From contig CM074821.1 in the NCBI GenBank assembly GCA_037447605.1, forward strand, positions 1,240,001 to 1,304,000: DNA of 64,000 nt, read 5' to 3'. Shown one piece after another: positions 26,931-38,462 of this stretch. Origin of the DNA: Zygnema circumcarinatum SAG 698-1b. Its lineage: Eukaryota > Plantae > Zygnematophyceae. The notes beneath the pieces are model-generated. The model saw only the letters and a list, made by a program, of their open reading frames with translations. It was not told where the DNA came from and ran no database searches. Each line of letters opens with the position of its first letter. Positions within the stretch are counted from its first letter, which is position 1. The translations under genes and the position numbers were made by a program.

Positions 26931-28650
26931 GGCCGGCGGGACAGAACCAAAGGTCGCCGCAAAACGGGACGCGGGGCGACCGTACTGTTTTGGAGCTTTA
27001 ATATGTACGGACGCTTTGTAAGACCATAAGGATCCGATTCGGGTGCTCGGAGTGGCCGGTCGGGATGGGACCACCGACGGCTGCGCAGGCGTGATTGGCC
27101 CGTGAAGGCGACTAGGGACAAAATGTCGGCATTGACATTTGTCATTTTGTGGAGCTTTAGGAGACCGGAACGTACAGAAGATGTGAAAGGATACGGAAAA
27201 TCGGTCGCTGTCACACGTGTCGTCCGAACAGTGGCTGGCTGTCACGTCACATTTGGGGAGATTTTTTTGACGTCCAAAATTTCAGTCGTAATTGGGCCAA
27301 GGGCGGCGGTCCGTTAGGACGCGCTCCGTCAATGAGGCCTTGCCAAGCGTCAAAGTATGGGCCGCCGCCAGTTACGCCCGTACGTAAAATGCGCCCTCAC
27401 GGAATTCTTGACGCACAGCGGCTCCGTGGAACCCTTCCTTGAAAACCGAGCTCGTAAAAAATCCGTCCATATGACGTAATAATAATGTACGCCACTCCAT
27501 CTGGCGATTCATGATTTGACAAACACTACCACACAAAATGAATTATTACAAAGAAATCACTGTATTGTACCGAATCTTTGTCACGTGGACATATTTTAAA
27601 CGACAAGTCGCAAATTGCCGGACAACTGACAACTTCGAGACTATGCATGGCCTTCCAGGCTGGACAAACGTGTCGGTTCGGTTTTACTTTGTCGTGAAAT
27701 CCAGCTCGCACCGACATATTGCTGTACCACTGACAGAAAATAATCATTACATAAAATGAATATAATGACTTACACAGCTGGCACAAGAGAGTTGGCCGAA
27801 CCCACGGAATTTTCGGGCAAAAAAAAAAAAAGAAATCCCCCCAGGTGTGATGTGACAGGCATGCTTTTTTGAACCTGCGGCCGCGGGCCACTGTTCGGAC
27901 GACACGGGTGACAGCGACTATTTCAGCGTATCCATTTCACCTTCCGGCAAACGCCACGTCGTCGCAGCTCGCCCGATTGGCTCTTTCAGATCGTGGTTTC
28001 GTACATTTTCTGTTAGTTCGTACTATAGGTCCGTATGTATCGAACGCGAAAATATAATACGCCGTATAATACGTGCGTATTATACGATTTTTCAAAAAAA
28101 GTGTATTTTATAATGTATTTAACGTATTTTCTTTTGATTTCTCGCTAATTGAACGGAGATTGATTATAGGCCAACTAGCAACTCAACATGTGCGACAGGC
28201 CACGGGTGTGACACTTGTGGACCGTACAGTTTCGTACCCAGTTCCCGTACAGAAATTTCGTACGACTCTATGTCCGGATGTACGGGTGTTAACAGTTGCG
28301 TTTGGGTTTTATACAGTGTATAATACTGTATTATACATTATACATATTGTATCGAACCTCAAAGCCGTGACGATGTTTGATTTTGTATAGAACGGACCTA
28401 TAGTTCGTACGTTTCGGCCTCTACAAAGCTCCACAAATGACAAAAAAACGATGCCGACATTTTGTCGCAATCGTCCCCAAGAGCCAATCACGCCTGCGCA
28501 CGCGGTCGGTGGTCCCATCTCGACCGGCCAATCTGGCACCCGAATCGGATCTTTATGGTCCCGGAAGGTTTTCGTACATTTAGAAGCTCCAAAACAGTAC
28601 GGTCTCCCCGCGTCCCGTTTTGCGGCGACCCTCGTCCTGTCCCGCCGGGC
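26931..28650. repeat. ~250-bp imperfect inverted repeat pair in the left FucT-GALT intergenic region
   Basis: 26931-27177 vs reverse complement of 28402-28650: shared GCCGGCGGGACAG..GTCGCCGCAAAACGGGACGCGGG..CCGTACTGTTTTGGAGCTT..GATCCGATTCGGGTG..GCGCAGGCGTGATTGGC..GACAAAATGTCGGCAT. Confidence 0.8.
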
Positions 28651-29450
28651 CCGGCCCCGCCGGCGGGGAGCGGCCCATCGTCACCCCGGGGGAGGCAAAA
28701 TCAGCGGCGGGCGGGCAGGCGTGGCTGGAAAGGAAGGGAGGGAGAGAGGGAGGGAGAAAGGGAAGGGAGAGAGGGAGAGAAAGAGGGAGGCGAAGAGGGA
28801 GGGAAGGAAAGAGGGAGGGAGGGAAAAAGGGAGAGAGAAAGAGAGAGGGAGGGAGGGAAAGAGGGAGGGAGGGAGGGAAAGAGGAAGGAAGGAAGGAAAA
28901 GAGGGAGGGAGGGGAAGAGGGAGGGACGGGAAGAGGGAGGGACGGGAAGAGGGAGGGAGGGGTTAGAGGGAGGGAGGGGAAGAGAGAGGGGGGAAAGAGG
29001 GCGAGAGGGAAAGAGGGAGGGAGGGAAAGAGGGAGGGAGGGAAGAAAGGGAGGGAGGGAAGGAAGGGAGGGAGGGAGGGAGGGAGCGAGGGAGGGAAAGA
29101 GGGAGGGAGCGAGGGAGGAAGGTAGGGAGAGAGAGAGGGAGGGAGGAGGATCTATCAATCTTTATGAACCTTGAAAGAATAAGCATCGAAGCATTGATAA
29201 TCGTTATTCACCTTCTACTTGAGCCTGTTATCTGTGAAAAATATTCCGAAATTGTCTCATATATCCAGAATTTCCACGATCTTGTGCACATAGGCGGTCT
29301 TCCATGCAAACGCTTAGCCATTCCCTTACATCCTTCATTTAAAAAATCAGTACTCCGCTAGCTGAAATCCTCCACAAGCTAAGCTTGCTCTGCTTCTTTA
29401 GCTTCCAACAAATTTCAGAATCAGACCTATCAGCCGAATTCTCGGTGAGG

Positions 29451-31977
29451 ATGGTGCTAAAAAGTAAATTCCCACAGATTTGCGGTTTTACTGTCAACCT
29501 TTTCTCTTCTATCCTTCTCATTGTCTCGGCCGCCTCCGGGGCCTTCGCTTTACAAATAAGGTTAGTGAACTCAGAAAGAAACTTTCCCCGATGTTGTTGC
29601 TTGTTAACGCTCGTTGATGATGGAGGAGCCCAAAGAGATTTTTAAAGAGCTTCAAGAGCGTGACTGGCGTCACTTGACGCGTTTGAGGTCAGATAGCACT
29701 GCACAGGGAGAAAACGTACACTTCTGAATGTTCTTAAAAAAAACCGACTACATCAATCTACCATACATATGAGTCACACGGCAGTCAATTCCTCTCTCTT
29801 ACTCTCTCTCTCTCACTCTCCCTCCCTCTCCCTCTTCCTTTTCCTCTCCCTCTCCCTCTCCCTCTCCCTCTCCCTTTTCCTCTCCCTCTCCCTCTCCCTC
29901 TCCCACTCCCTCTCCCNNNNNNNNNNCCTCTCCCTCTCCCTCTCCCTCTCCTTCCCCCTCTCCCACTTCTTCTTCTTCTCTATCTCCCTCTCCCTCACTC
30001 TCTCCCTCGCCCCCTCTCCCTCGCTCTCTCCCACTCCCTCTCCCTCTCCCTCTCCCTCTCCTTCCCCTCTTCCCTCGCCCTCGCCCTCGCCCTCGCCCTC
30101 GCCCTCGCCCTCGCCCTCGCTCTCGTCCTCTCCCTCGCTCGCTCTCCTCCCCTCCCTCCCTTATTCTCTCTCTCTCCCTCTCTCTCTCCCCCTCCTCTTC
30201 TCTTTTCTCTGTCACTTTCTTTCTCTCACTCTCTTGCTCTCTCCCCCCCCAACTCCCTCCCTGTCTCCCCCCTCCCCTTTCTCTGACAAGTCACCGCTGC
30301 TTTTCCGACCTGTGCAGTGCGAGTGACCCCAGCCCATTACGAGCTTCCAATCTGCCCAATGCCGTGCCCGTGCCTGTGCCTGTGCTCGCCGCGAGTGAGA
30401 AGGCCCCAAAGAGAGCGGAGGGCGGCGAGGCGGCCAAAGGGGCGCAGGAGGGCGGCGCTCCCCCGCTGGCCATCGACGCCCTTGCGGCGCAGGCGGGGGC
30501 GTTGGGGGCCGCCGCCATCAAGGAGGCGGAGGAGGAGCGGGCGATGCTGGCGGCGCGAGGGGAGGTCTGGGACCGACACGCGCTCGCGGCGGACGAGAAG
30601 CTCGACCTCTGCCAGCAGGCCATGGTGCTCTCCAGGGCGGACCTTCAGGCGGCGGAGGGAGGGGTGCCGCTGCCTTGCGGACTGGCTAAGGGCTCGTCTT
30701 TCACTTTCACGGGGCTCATCTCAAGAAAACGAAAAGACGAGGGGGGAGAAGTGGGCTTCACTTTGGACCTGAAGGTGAGGACACTGCGGAGTTTTATGTG
30801 CCTCGTTCTTCAGATTTGCTGTAATGCATGCACAGTCTTTAAATGCTCAATCATGTAAAGAAATCAAGATTTGTGATGCATGCACAGTCGTAGGATGCTC
30901 AGCATGCGGCTCGACATGCTTTTCCAATGCATGCATGTATGCATGCATGCACTGAGGCTGTGCCTGACATGCTTCCATGGGGGGCTGCCTGCCTGCCTGC
31001 CTGCCTCAGGGTCTGCCTCTTGTGGAGGGCGAGTCCCCCCCCGTGATCCTGCGCCTTCGCGCGGTGCTGCGTGGCGGGGGGGCCGCCATAGAAGGCAACG
31101 CCATGGCTTCTTCTTCTTCTTCTTCTTCTCCTTCTTCTTCTTCTGCGGCCGGCGGCGATGATGGGCGGTGGGGCGCTGCGCAGCGCTGCGAGGGAACCGC
31201 CTCGGACGACGAAACGGCCAAGGGTGGGTCTCATGCCGCCCAACATGGTTCATGGTTGTGGCAGTGTCTTGTGGGGTGCTAGCGTGCGCTTCTAGAGCAT
31301 GAGCATGAGAACAATATTGGGGATAAGGTTAGATGTGACAACAACAAGGGTGTGGTAAAGTGCCGTCAGGCCTTGTTCTGATGTCTTATACGAAATGAAG
31401 GGAGAAGGGATATGGGAGAACATGACGCTGGGTCGGACAATTCGACGAGCTTCCCTGGACAAGGCCACTTCATATTAGGCGGCGCAGGGGCTTCTCTATG
31501 GCAGCACCGTCTGAAATTAGGGTTTGAGTTGCACGGGTGGAGGCGCGTGTTGTGTTCTCCTTCACAGCTGGTAGTAGTGAGCGAAGTTGAAAGACAGGCG
31601 AATGGTGCCTTACTTTCGCGTCCTTAGTGCGACATGTTTCCCATAGTGCGACATGCTGCCCATAGTGCGCCGTTTGTGCGTACATGCGATGTGGGGCAAA
31701 AACGATGATCCCCGTAGTGCGACGTCCATGCGACGAATGACTTGTGATCACGTTGCACTCTGGAGACCGCGTCCTCGTGGTTCCCCTTGATGATGGTTGT
31801 TTCCATGTACATTTGATGGCATCATCGCCATCGTGAGATCAATGCCACTTCCTAAACAAACATCCTGAACAGCATGTTCTTATCCTTTTATCTTGCCCTT
31901 AAGAGTATGTTCTTGTTTTTAATCTCCTAGAAACCCTAACCCTAATATCTGAATTTGTGCCCTCCCACCCCCCCTCC

Positions 31978-32011
<34 letters not shown>

Positions 32012-33434
32012 NNNNNNNNNNGTCTGGGACCGACACGCGCTCGCGGCGGACGAGAAGCTCGACCTCTGCCAGCAGGCCATGGTGCTCTCCAGGGCGGACC
32101 TTCAGGCGGCGGAGGGAGGGGTGCCGCTGCCTTGCGGACTGGCTAAGGGCTCGTCTTTCACTTTCACGGGGCTCATCTCAAGAAAACGAAAAGACGAGGG
32201 GGGAGAAGTGGGCTTCACTTTGGACCTGAAGGTGAGGACACTGCGGAGTTTTATGTGCCTCGTTCTTCAGATTTGCTGTAATGCATGCACAGTCTTTAAA
32301 TGCTCAATCATGTAAAGAAATCAAGATTTGTGATGCATGCACAGTCGTAGGATGCTCAGCATGCGGCTCGACATGCTTTTCCAATGCATGCATGTATGCA
32401 TGCATGCACTGAGGCTGTGCCTGACATGCTTCCATGGGGGGCTGCCTGCCTGCCTGCCTGCCTCAGGGTCTGCCTCTTGTGGAGGGCGAGTCCCCCCCCG
32501 TGATCCTGCGCCTTCGCGCGGTGCTGCGTGGCGGGGGGGCCGCCATAGAAGGCAACGCCATGGCTTCTTCTTCTTCTTCTTCTTCTCCTTCTTCTTCTTC
32601 TGCGGCCGGCGGCGATGATGGGCGGTGGGGCGCTGCGCAGCGCTGCGAGGGAACCGCCTCGGACGACGAAACGGCCAAGGGTGGGTCTCATGCCGCCCAA
32701 CATGGTTCATGGTTGTGGCAGTGTCTTGTGGGGTGCTAGCGTGCGCTTCTAGAGCATGAGCATGAGAACAATATTGGGGATAAGGTTAGATGTGACAACA
32801 ACAAGGGTGTGGTAAAGTGCCGTCAGGCCTTGTTCTGATGTCTTATACGAAATGAAGGGAGAAGGGATATGGGAGAACATGACGCTGGGTCGGACAATTC
32901 GACGAGCTTCCCTGGACAAGGCCACTTCATATTAGGCGGCGCAGGGGCTTCTCTATGGCAGCACCGTCTGAAATTAGGGTTTGAGTTGCACGGGTGGAGG
33001 CGCGTGTTGTGTTCTCCTTCACAGCTGGTAGTAGTGAGCGAAGTTGAAAGACAGGCGAATGGTGCCTTACTTTCGCGTCCTTAGTGCGACATGTTTCCCA
33101 TAGTGCGACATGCTGCCCATAGTGCGCCGTTTGTGCGTACATGCGATGTGGGGCAAAAACGATGATCCCCGTAGTGCGACGTCCATGCGACGAATGACTT
33201 GTGATCACGTTGCACTCTGGAGACCGCGTCCTCGTGGTTCCCCTTGATGATGGTTGTTTCCATGTACATTTGATGGCATCATCGCCATCGTGAGATCAAT
33301 GCCACTTCCTAAACAAACATCCTGAACAGCATGTTCTTATCCTTTTATCTTGCCCTTAAGAGTATGTTCTTGTTTTTAATCTCCTAGAAACCCTAACCCT
33401 AATATCTGAATTTGTGCCCCCCCCCCCCCCCCTC

Positions 33435-33486
<52 letters not shown>

Positions 33487-35687
33487 GCATGCATCCCTTG
33501 CAGTGGACGGTCTGCCGCAGTGCGAGGGCTGGGCGCGAGCCGACGCCTTCAAGGGGAAGCCCTCCGCGTGGGTGCAGCGCTCGGCCCGCAGCAGCGCGCC
33601 TCTGGGCCTGTTCCCGCTGCGCGCCGACCGCGCCTTCGTGCTCACTCTGCGCGCGGGCTTCCAAGGCTTCCATGTCTCCGTCGACGGCCTGCACGTCCTC
33701 TCCTTCCCGTACCGCGCAGTCAGTCTTTCACACAAACCTGCATCAAATGTTGATTGAGCTCTTCCAATTCAGATAACAGACATGGATATCTAGCGTTACT
33801 TCAGAAGCGGGCGTTCATGCTCAATTGACCTTCACAAAGCAATCGCTTGCAGGGCTATGTTACGGAGGAGGCTGCAAGCCTTCACTACGACGGCGACATC
33901 GTTTTTTCCTCTCTGATTGGAGTGTCCCTTCCGCTGCATCCTCCTGTGAAACGGGCAACGCCTTTACAGTCAGATCACCTCAAGGCCCCTCCCCTCAAGG
34001 AGGGCCCCTCGGAGCTTTTCATTGGCATTCTCTCGGCGAGCACCTACTTTGACGCGCGCAGGGCGGTGCGGGAAACATGGATGCAATATCCTTTGATTCG
34101 CTCGGGAGATGTTACTGCACGCTTCTTTATCGGCTTGGTAAGATCCAGTCTGCAATAGACTTCAGGATTTCTTCCGTGAGTGGTGTGAGTGATTCTGATG
34201 TTCCTGAATTAAGCAGAGCAGCTTGACACGTGGGCGATATCATTGTATGTCGAATGTATTGTATTTTGAATGCATAGTCATATTTTTTAGTAGAACTAGA
34301 TAGTAATAGACCCCCTTAGCAACTGTGATTGCGCTTATATTGCATATTTAGTGCTTGATTTTGGTGGAATATCGCGATGTCTGGAGGGCAACAGCATTCC
34401 AGCAAACAGGTCAATGTGGAGACCCTAAAGGAGAGGGAGTACTTCCAAGACATGGTGGTGCTGCCCTTCATCGATAACTACGACTTGGTGGTTTTAAAGA
34501 GCTATGCACTCTGCGAATGGGCTGTAAGTTCTTTCTCAAAAGCAGCATTCCTTTTTGCTTGACTTCATCAGGGAGGCGATGATGGGATCACTGATGCTGC
34601 AGGAAAGTGTTACAGATGATGTTTCGTTACATTTCAGTTAGATCATTGACCTGCAGCTTGCCGCAGGAAGTTCTGCACCTGCACGTGCAAGTTATAAGAG
34701 AACTCATGCATGGTTCTGCATGTAAAGGATTTCAGCTTTCCCTCTGTGCAGAGCTTTCATACTTCAAATTCCTGAACTTGGAGATGTAACCCTCCCATAT
34801 TTTAGCTCCTTATGTTTACCCCCCCCCCAATTGTTCAAACGATGCCTGCAGTTGGAGCACACGCAAGCGAAGTACGTCATCAAGGTCGATGATGACAATT
34901 TCGTGCACTTAGATCGCGTTCTTGAGAACATAAAATATGTGAATTTCAAGAACAGTCTTTACATGGGCAACATGAACAGGGGGCACTACCCGCAGCGTGA
35001 AGGGAAATGGGCAGTCACATTGGAGGTGAGGGGCAACTTTTAGGGTTTCCTGGGTCATCTTTTTGCTCCTTTGTATATTTTAGGGGTCTCGGTTGTGATT
35101 TTGAAGTGTCGCGCTTTTGAAGTAGCCTTCATTTCTTCTGATTTCGTTTCTTCAAATATTGAGATTGTTGGAGCTTTGGGATGCAGGAGTGGCCGAACAA
35201 GCCCTACCCTCCCTATGCGAACGGGCCGGGATACATTCTCAGTCGAGACATAGTCGAATTCATAGTTCGCTTGAAAAAGAGGGACCAATTACGGGTACTT
35301 TTCGCTTGCCTCCTCCTCTTGACTCCTTCAGAAAACACTCATTGGTTTTCCACCCTTGTCTGTTCTCCAGTTTATGAGCCGCTTATTCTTGTTACATGCG
35401 TGAAGATATGACTGCAACAGCTTTGATAGAAGCCTGAAAAGGGTTTGTATGGTTTTTAATGGGTCCCTTTTTTATGGTCTTTGCAGATCCACAAAATGGA
35501 AGATGTGACAGTCGGCATGTGGGTGGTGCAATACAGCATCAACCAAACTGTAAATTACGTTCACAACTGGCGGTTCTGCCAGTTCGGCTGCATGGAAAAC
35601 TTCATCACAGCTCACTACCAGAACCCGCGCCGGATGCTCTGCTTATGGGAGAAGGTGCAGCAAGGAGACGAGAGCTGCTGCGACTAA
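29451..35687 (+). CDS. GALT: Galectin-domain GT31 galactosyltransferase (Hyp-O-galactosyltransferase GALT2-6-like), copy L, 9 exons, 630 aa
   Basis: Exons 29451-29560, 30318-30774, 31010-31223, 33504-33718, 33853-34137, 34395-34523, 34852-35025, 35187-35294, 35487-35687 (1893 nt, phase-consistent once the 1457-bp gap-flanking duplicate is ignored). Signal anchor, [86 protein letters not shown]...TAHYQ.PR.M.CLW. Confidence 0.93.
30565..33480. other. Apparent 1457-bp direct duplication across a 10-N gap (probable unmerged contig overlap)
   Basis: 30565-32011 is repeated at 32022-~33468. ORF translations are identical in the track, and both units end in a (CT)n tract beside the gap. Confidence 0.75.
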
Positions 35688-35775
35688 GAACCCTAAAACC
35701 CTAAAAACCTTAATACCCTAAAAACCCTTAAAACCTAAAACCCTAAATTTCTAAAAACCCTAAAATCCCTAAATA
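35688..35775. repeat. Interstitial telomere-like repeat (CCCTAAA/CCCTAAAA variants) directly after the GALT stop codon
   Basis: AACCCTAAAACCCTAAAAACCTTAATACCCTAAAAACCCTTAAAACCTAAAACCCTAAA... Absent at the equivalent site of copy R (52361-52350). Confidence 0.85.
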
Positions 35776-38462
35776 CCCTTCACTAAAACTATTAAAGTAA
35801 ACTTTTTTAAATAAGGAGGTATAAACTAATCGATGAACGGTCTTTTGAATCTTCAGTAGTTGAGTCCCTCTAGTTGTACCAATATCAATAGTCAGTCTTC
35901 GCCGAATGCTGCCTCATGTGAGGGAGGAGGCGGCAACATTCTCGCAGCGAAAATAAAGGCACGCGAAACAGCCCTTAGGGTTTTAGGGTTTGAAACCCTA
36001 AAAACCCTTAAACTCCGAGGCACATATTGTCCCTTTCCGCGATTTCCTTTTGCCCTGGTTTTCGGCTTCTTCTTGTCACTCTCTCTCTCTCTTTTTAAGG
36101 GGCATTTGTCCTGCCTGTAAGCCTCTGCCTCCTCCTGACAGACAGCCTCTCTGCCTGTTCACCTGCTTCATGCCATCTGCTTTTTTTGTGTTTTGGTTTC
36201 ACTTCTTCATGTCAACCGGTTCTTTCATATTTTCATGTCATCACATTCGTCCCATTGGCAATTTCCAAAAACTGAAGCAGCGGGAACGGCAAACCGCTAT
36301 CCTAGTTTTTCTCTCCGTCGTGCCCACACCTCGTGGTTTCGGACCTTCTAGAAAGTTTTCGACCTCACATAAACTGTCTTCGCCAAAGGGAAGCTGCCAC
36401 GTAAGCATTTTGTCCGTCGAGGGGAGCCTTCATTGGAGGGGCTGTTCCTGGTCACTTGCATAAATTTCCGCCCCCCTAGTCCTAGGCCATAGGAAAACGG
36501 GGGGCTCGTTCTGTACGGTCCCTCCTAGTTACTTCGAGGGCGGTTGCAAGTTGGTTCTCATGTTCCACTTGTTGGTACTTTTGAAGCTATGTGCGTGGCG
36601 GCGCCATAGTGACGATCGGCATGCGCATCATTCAGAGCAAGCACAACATCTACTTGAACTGTACTACAACCCCCTAACAACAACAAACTCGTGCAACAAG
36701 GCATTTGCATTAGAACATGAGAAGCAAACATGAGTTCAGAATAACAACAATGCTAGCAACAACACATTGGGCTAGACCGCAACTGCAAACCAACATGGTT
36801 CCATATGTCCAATTTGTGGTCCATCCCATCCCATCGTTGGATGACTCACAAAAGGTCAACGAGAGACAGACTCCAAAATGAGATTATTTCTCTGCGAGCG
36901 AGCACCAATCAGGGGCCACCTACAGATCCTTCCGCCTGAGCGGTCCCTGTCTCGCCCAATAAGCGAACGCCGCGTACGCCAGATGCTACTGTATGGTGGC
37001 CCTTGCGGGGTGGGCGCTGACCGGCCGGGCGCAACCGGCGCGGTGGTCAGCCAGGTGCCACCTGCGCCAGAAGCCGTCAAACGTTACCGGCTTGGCCGGA
37101 CCCCTCGCGACAGTGGGCGGACACGTACGGCAGGCGATGGCCAATCAGATGCCACGGATATCCTGTCAATTTTTGTCGTTTATGAGGAGGGCATAGATAT
37201 TCGCATCTTGCTGACATGCCGTATCGGCCATTACCGATATATCGTGGTGGCGGCACCGGCGCCGTTACCGTACGAATGCCGGCCAATACAGTACAGTACA
37301 GTACACCTTTTATACCGTACATTGTACTTTTTGGGCAGTCGTCACGAGGATAGGTGTGTACGAACCCTAGTGAGCATGTGTACGGTCAGGTTGATGTGTA
37401 CCGTCAAGTCGATATCTGACGGCATTTGTCGATTACGTATACGGTTGTAATATATTTTTAACATATATTCCGATACGTGGGTGGATAATACCGAGATTTT
37501 GAATATATAGTAACAATTAGGGCTTTTCAAATGTCATTATATCCGCGATGGCGTCACTACTGGCGCAGGATCTGTAGTAGTGCAATTCCGTTCCTGGAAA
37601 AAACGTCAGTATATCCATGCTATTATTATAAACAATGTCACTATAACGTGAGTAGCCTGTATCGGCGGCTGCTGAAGCTGCGATGTGCCGTTAGCGCTTG
37701 GCCCCAAAACTTATATCCCGACGGACACGATTAAACGCACACCGACATTGCTATCTTAAAAATCTTGCCACGCCCCCTTGTGCATACGTGGCACCTCAAC
37801 CACGTCAGCACGATCCCAAGACGACCCCTGATTGGCCAATATTTCTGGCTCTAAATCTCTTTTTATTGTCCATAGACCATAAATGTCTCGGCGCAACCTG
37901 ATTGACTCCACATAGATTCTGTCCGAATCTATACCAGATTTGGTACGTGCCTCTATAATGACACCCCCGCACCTCCGGTCCTTCCTAATGGCACACAGAT
38001 CACGAACGCCCTAAAGGCACCGCCGAGGACTCCGGGTAGTAACACCACAGTCAAGTCGCCTCCGTTTCCTACACACACCTCAAAATAATAAAACAAAAAT
38101 AGTCATCCGTACGGAATCATTTCCGAATATTCCCCCGCTAAGCGATCGCAGCGTATCAACTAATGGCCATTCCGTACATCTTGGTGTACGGCCATACTGT
38201 CGTACTACCATACGGCAAGACGTACGAAGCGGTCCCACTTTCGCTGCCCGATCATTCGCGCCCGCCTCCTCTCCCCCTCCCTCTCCACCTCCCACCCTCT
38301 CTCTGCCTCTCCCTCTCCCTCTTTCTCCCTCTCTCTCTTTCTCGCGCCCGCTCTCGCGCTCCCCCCTTTTATCCCTTCTACATTCTCTTTCGCTCTCCCT
38401 CAATCCCTCCCTCCCTCCCTTCCCTCTCTTCCTCTCTCAAATCGCCCTGTGAAGGTGCTGCC

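Larger units (their letters stand above)
24879..36645. repeat. Left arm of a large diverged inverted duplication (partner 51380-62608)
   Basis: Every exon and most introns and flanks match the reverse complement of 51380-62608, e.g. ORFs 25442-26428(-) vs 61038-62057(+), 30364-30858(+) vs 56729-57232(-), 35481-35687(+) vs 52359-52565(-). Homology stops after GCAAGCACA at 36645 / 51380. Confidence 0.92.

Noticed and set aside
26931-28650. Mutator (MULE) element with long TIRs
   Set aside because: No 8-10 bp target-site duplication and no transposase remnant, and the paralogous arm carries one copy at the orthologous promoter position. Kept as an inverted repeat only.
30565-33480. Real internal tandem duplication of GALT exons 2-3
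   Set aside because: The copies appear identical, start exactly at a 10-N gap and end in a microsatellite, which is typical of an unmerged contig overlap. Read depth would confirm.
35688-36010. Chromosome end or fusion point
   Set aside because: The array is short and degenerate, and flanking homology with the sister arm continues on both sides.
36878-37450. 190-aa ORF, and similar GC-rich ORFs at 42605-43181 and 41806-42141
   Set aside because: Alternative start codons, no recognisable motifs or splice structure, and they lie in promoter-like CCGTAC-rich DNA.
37555-37582. CACTAC...GTAGTG mini CACTA element
   Set aside because: Only 28 bp, and the 3-bp flanks differ (CGT vs CAA). Likely chance.
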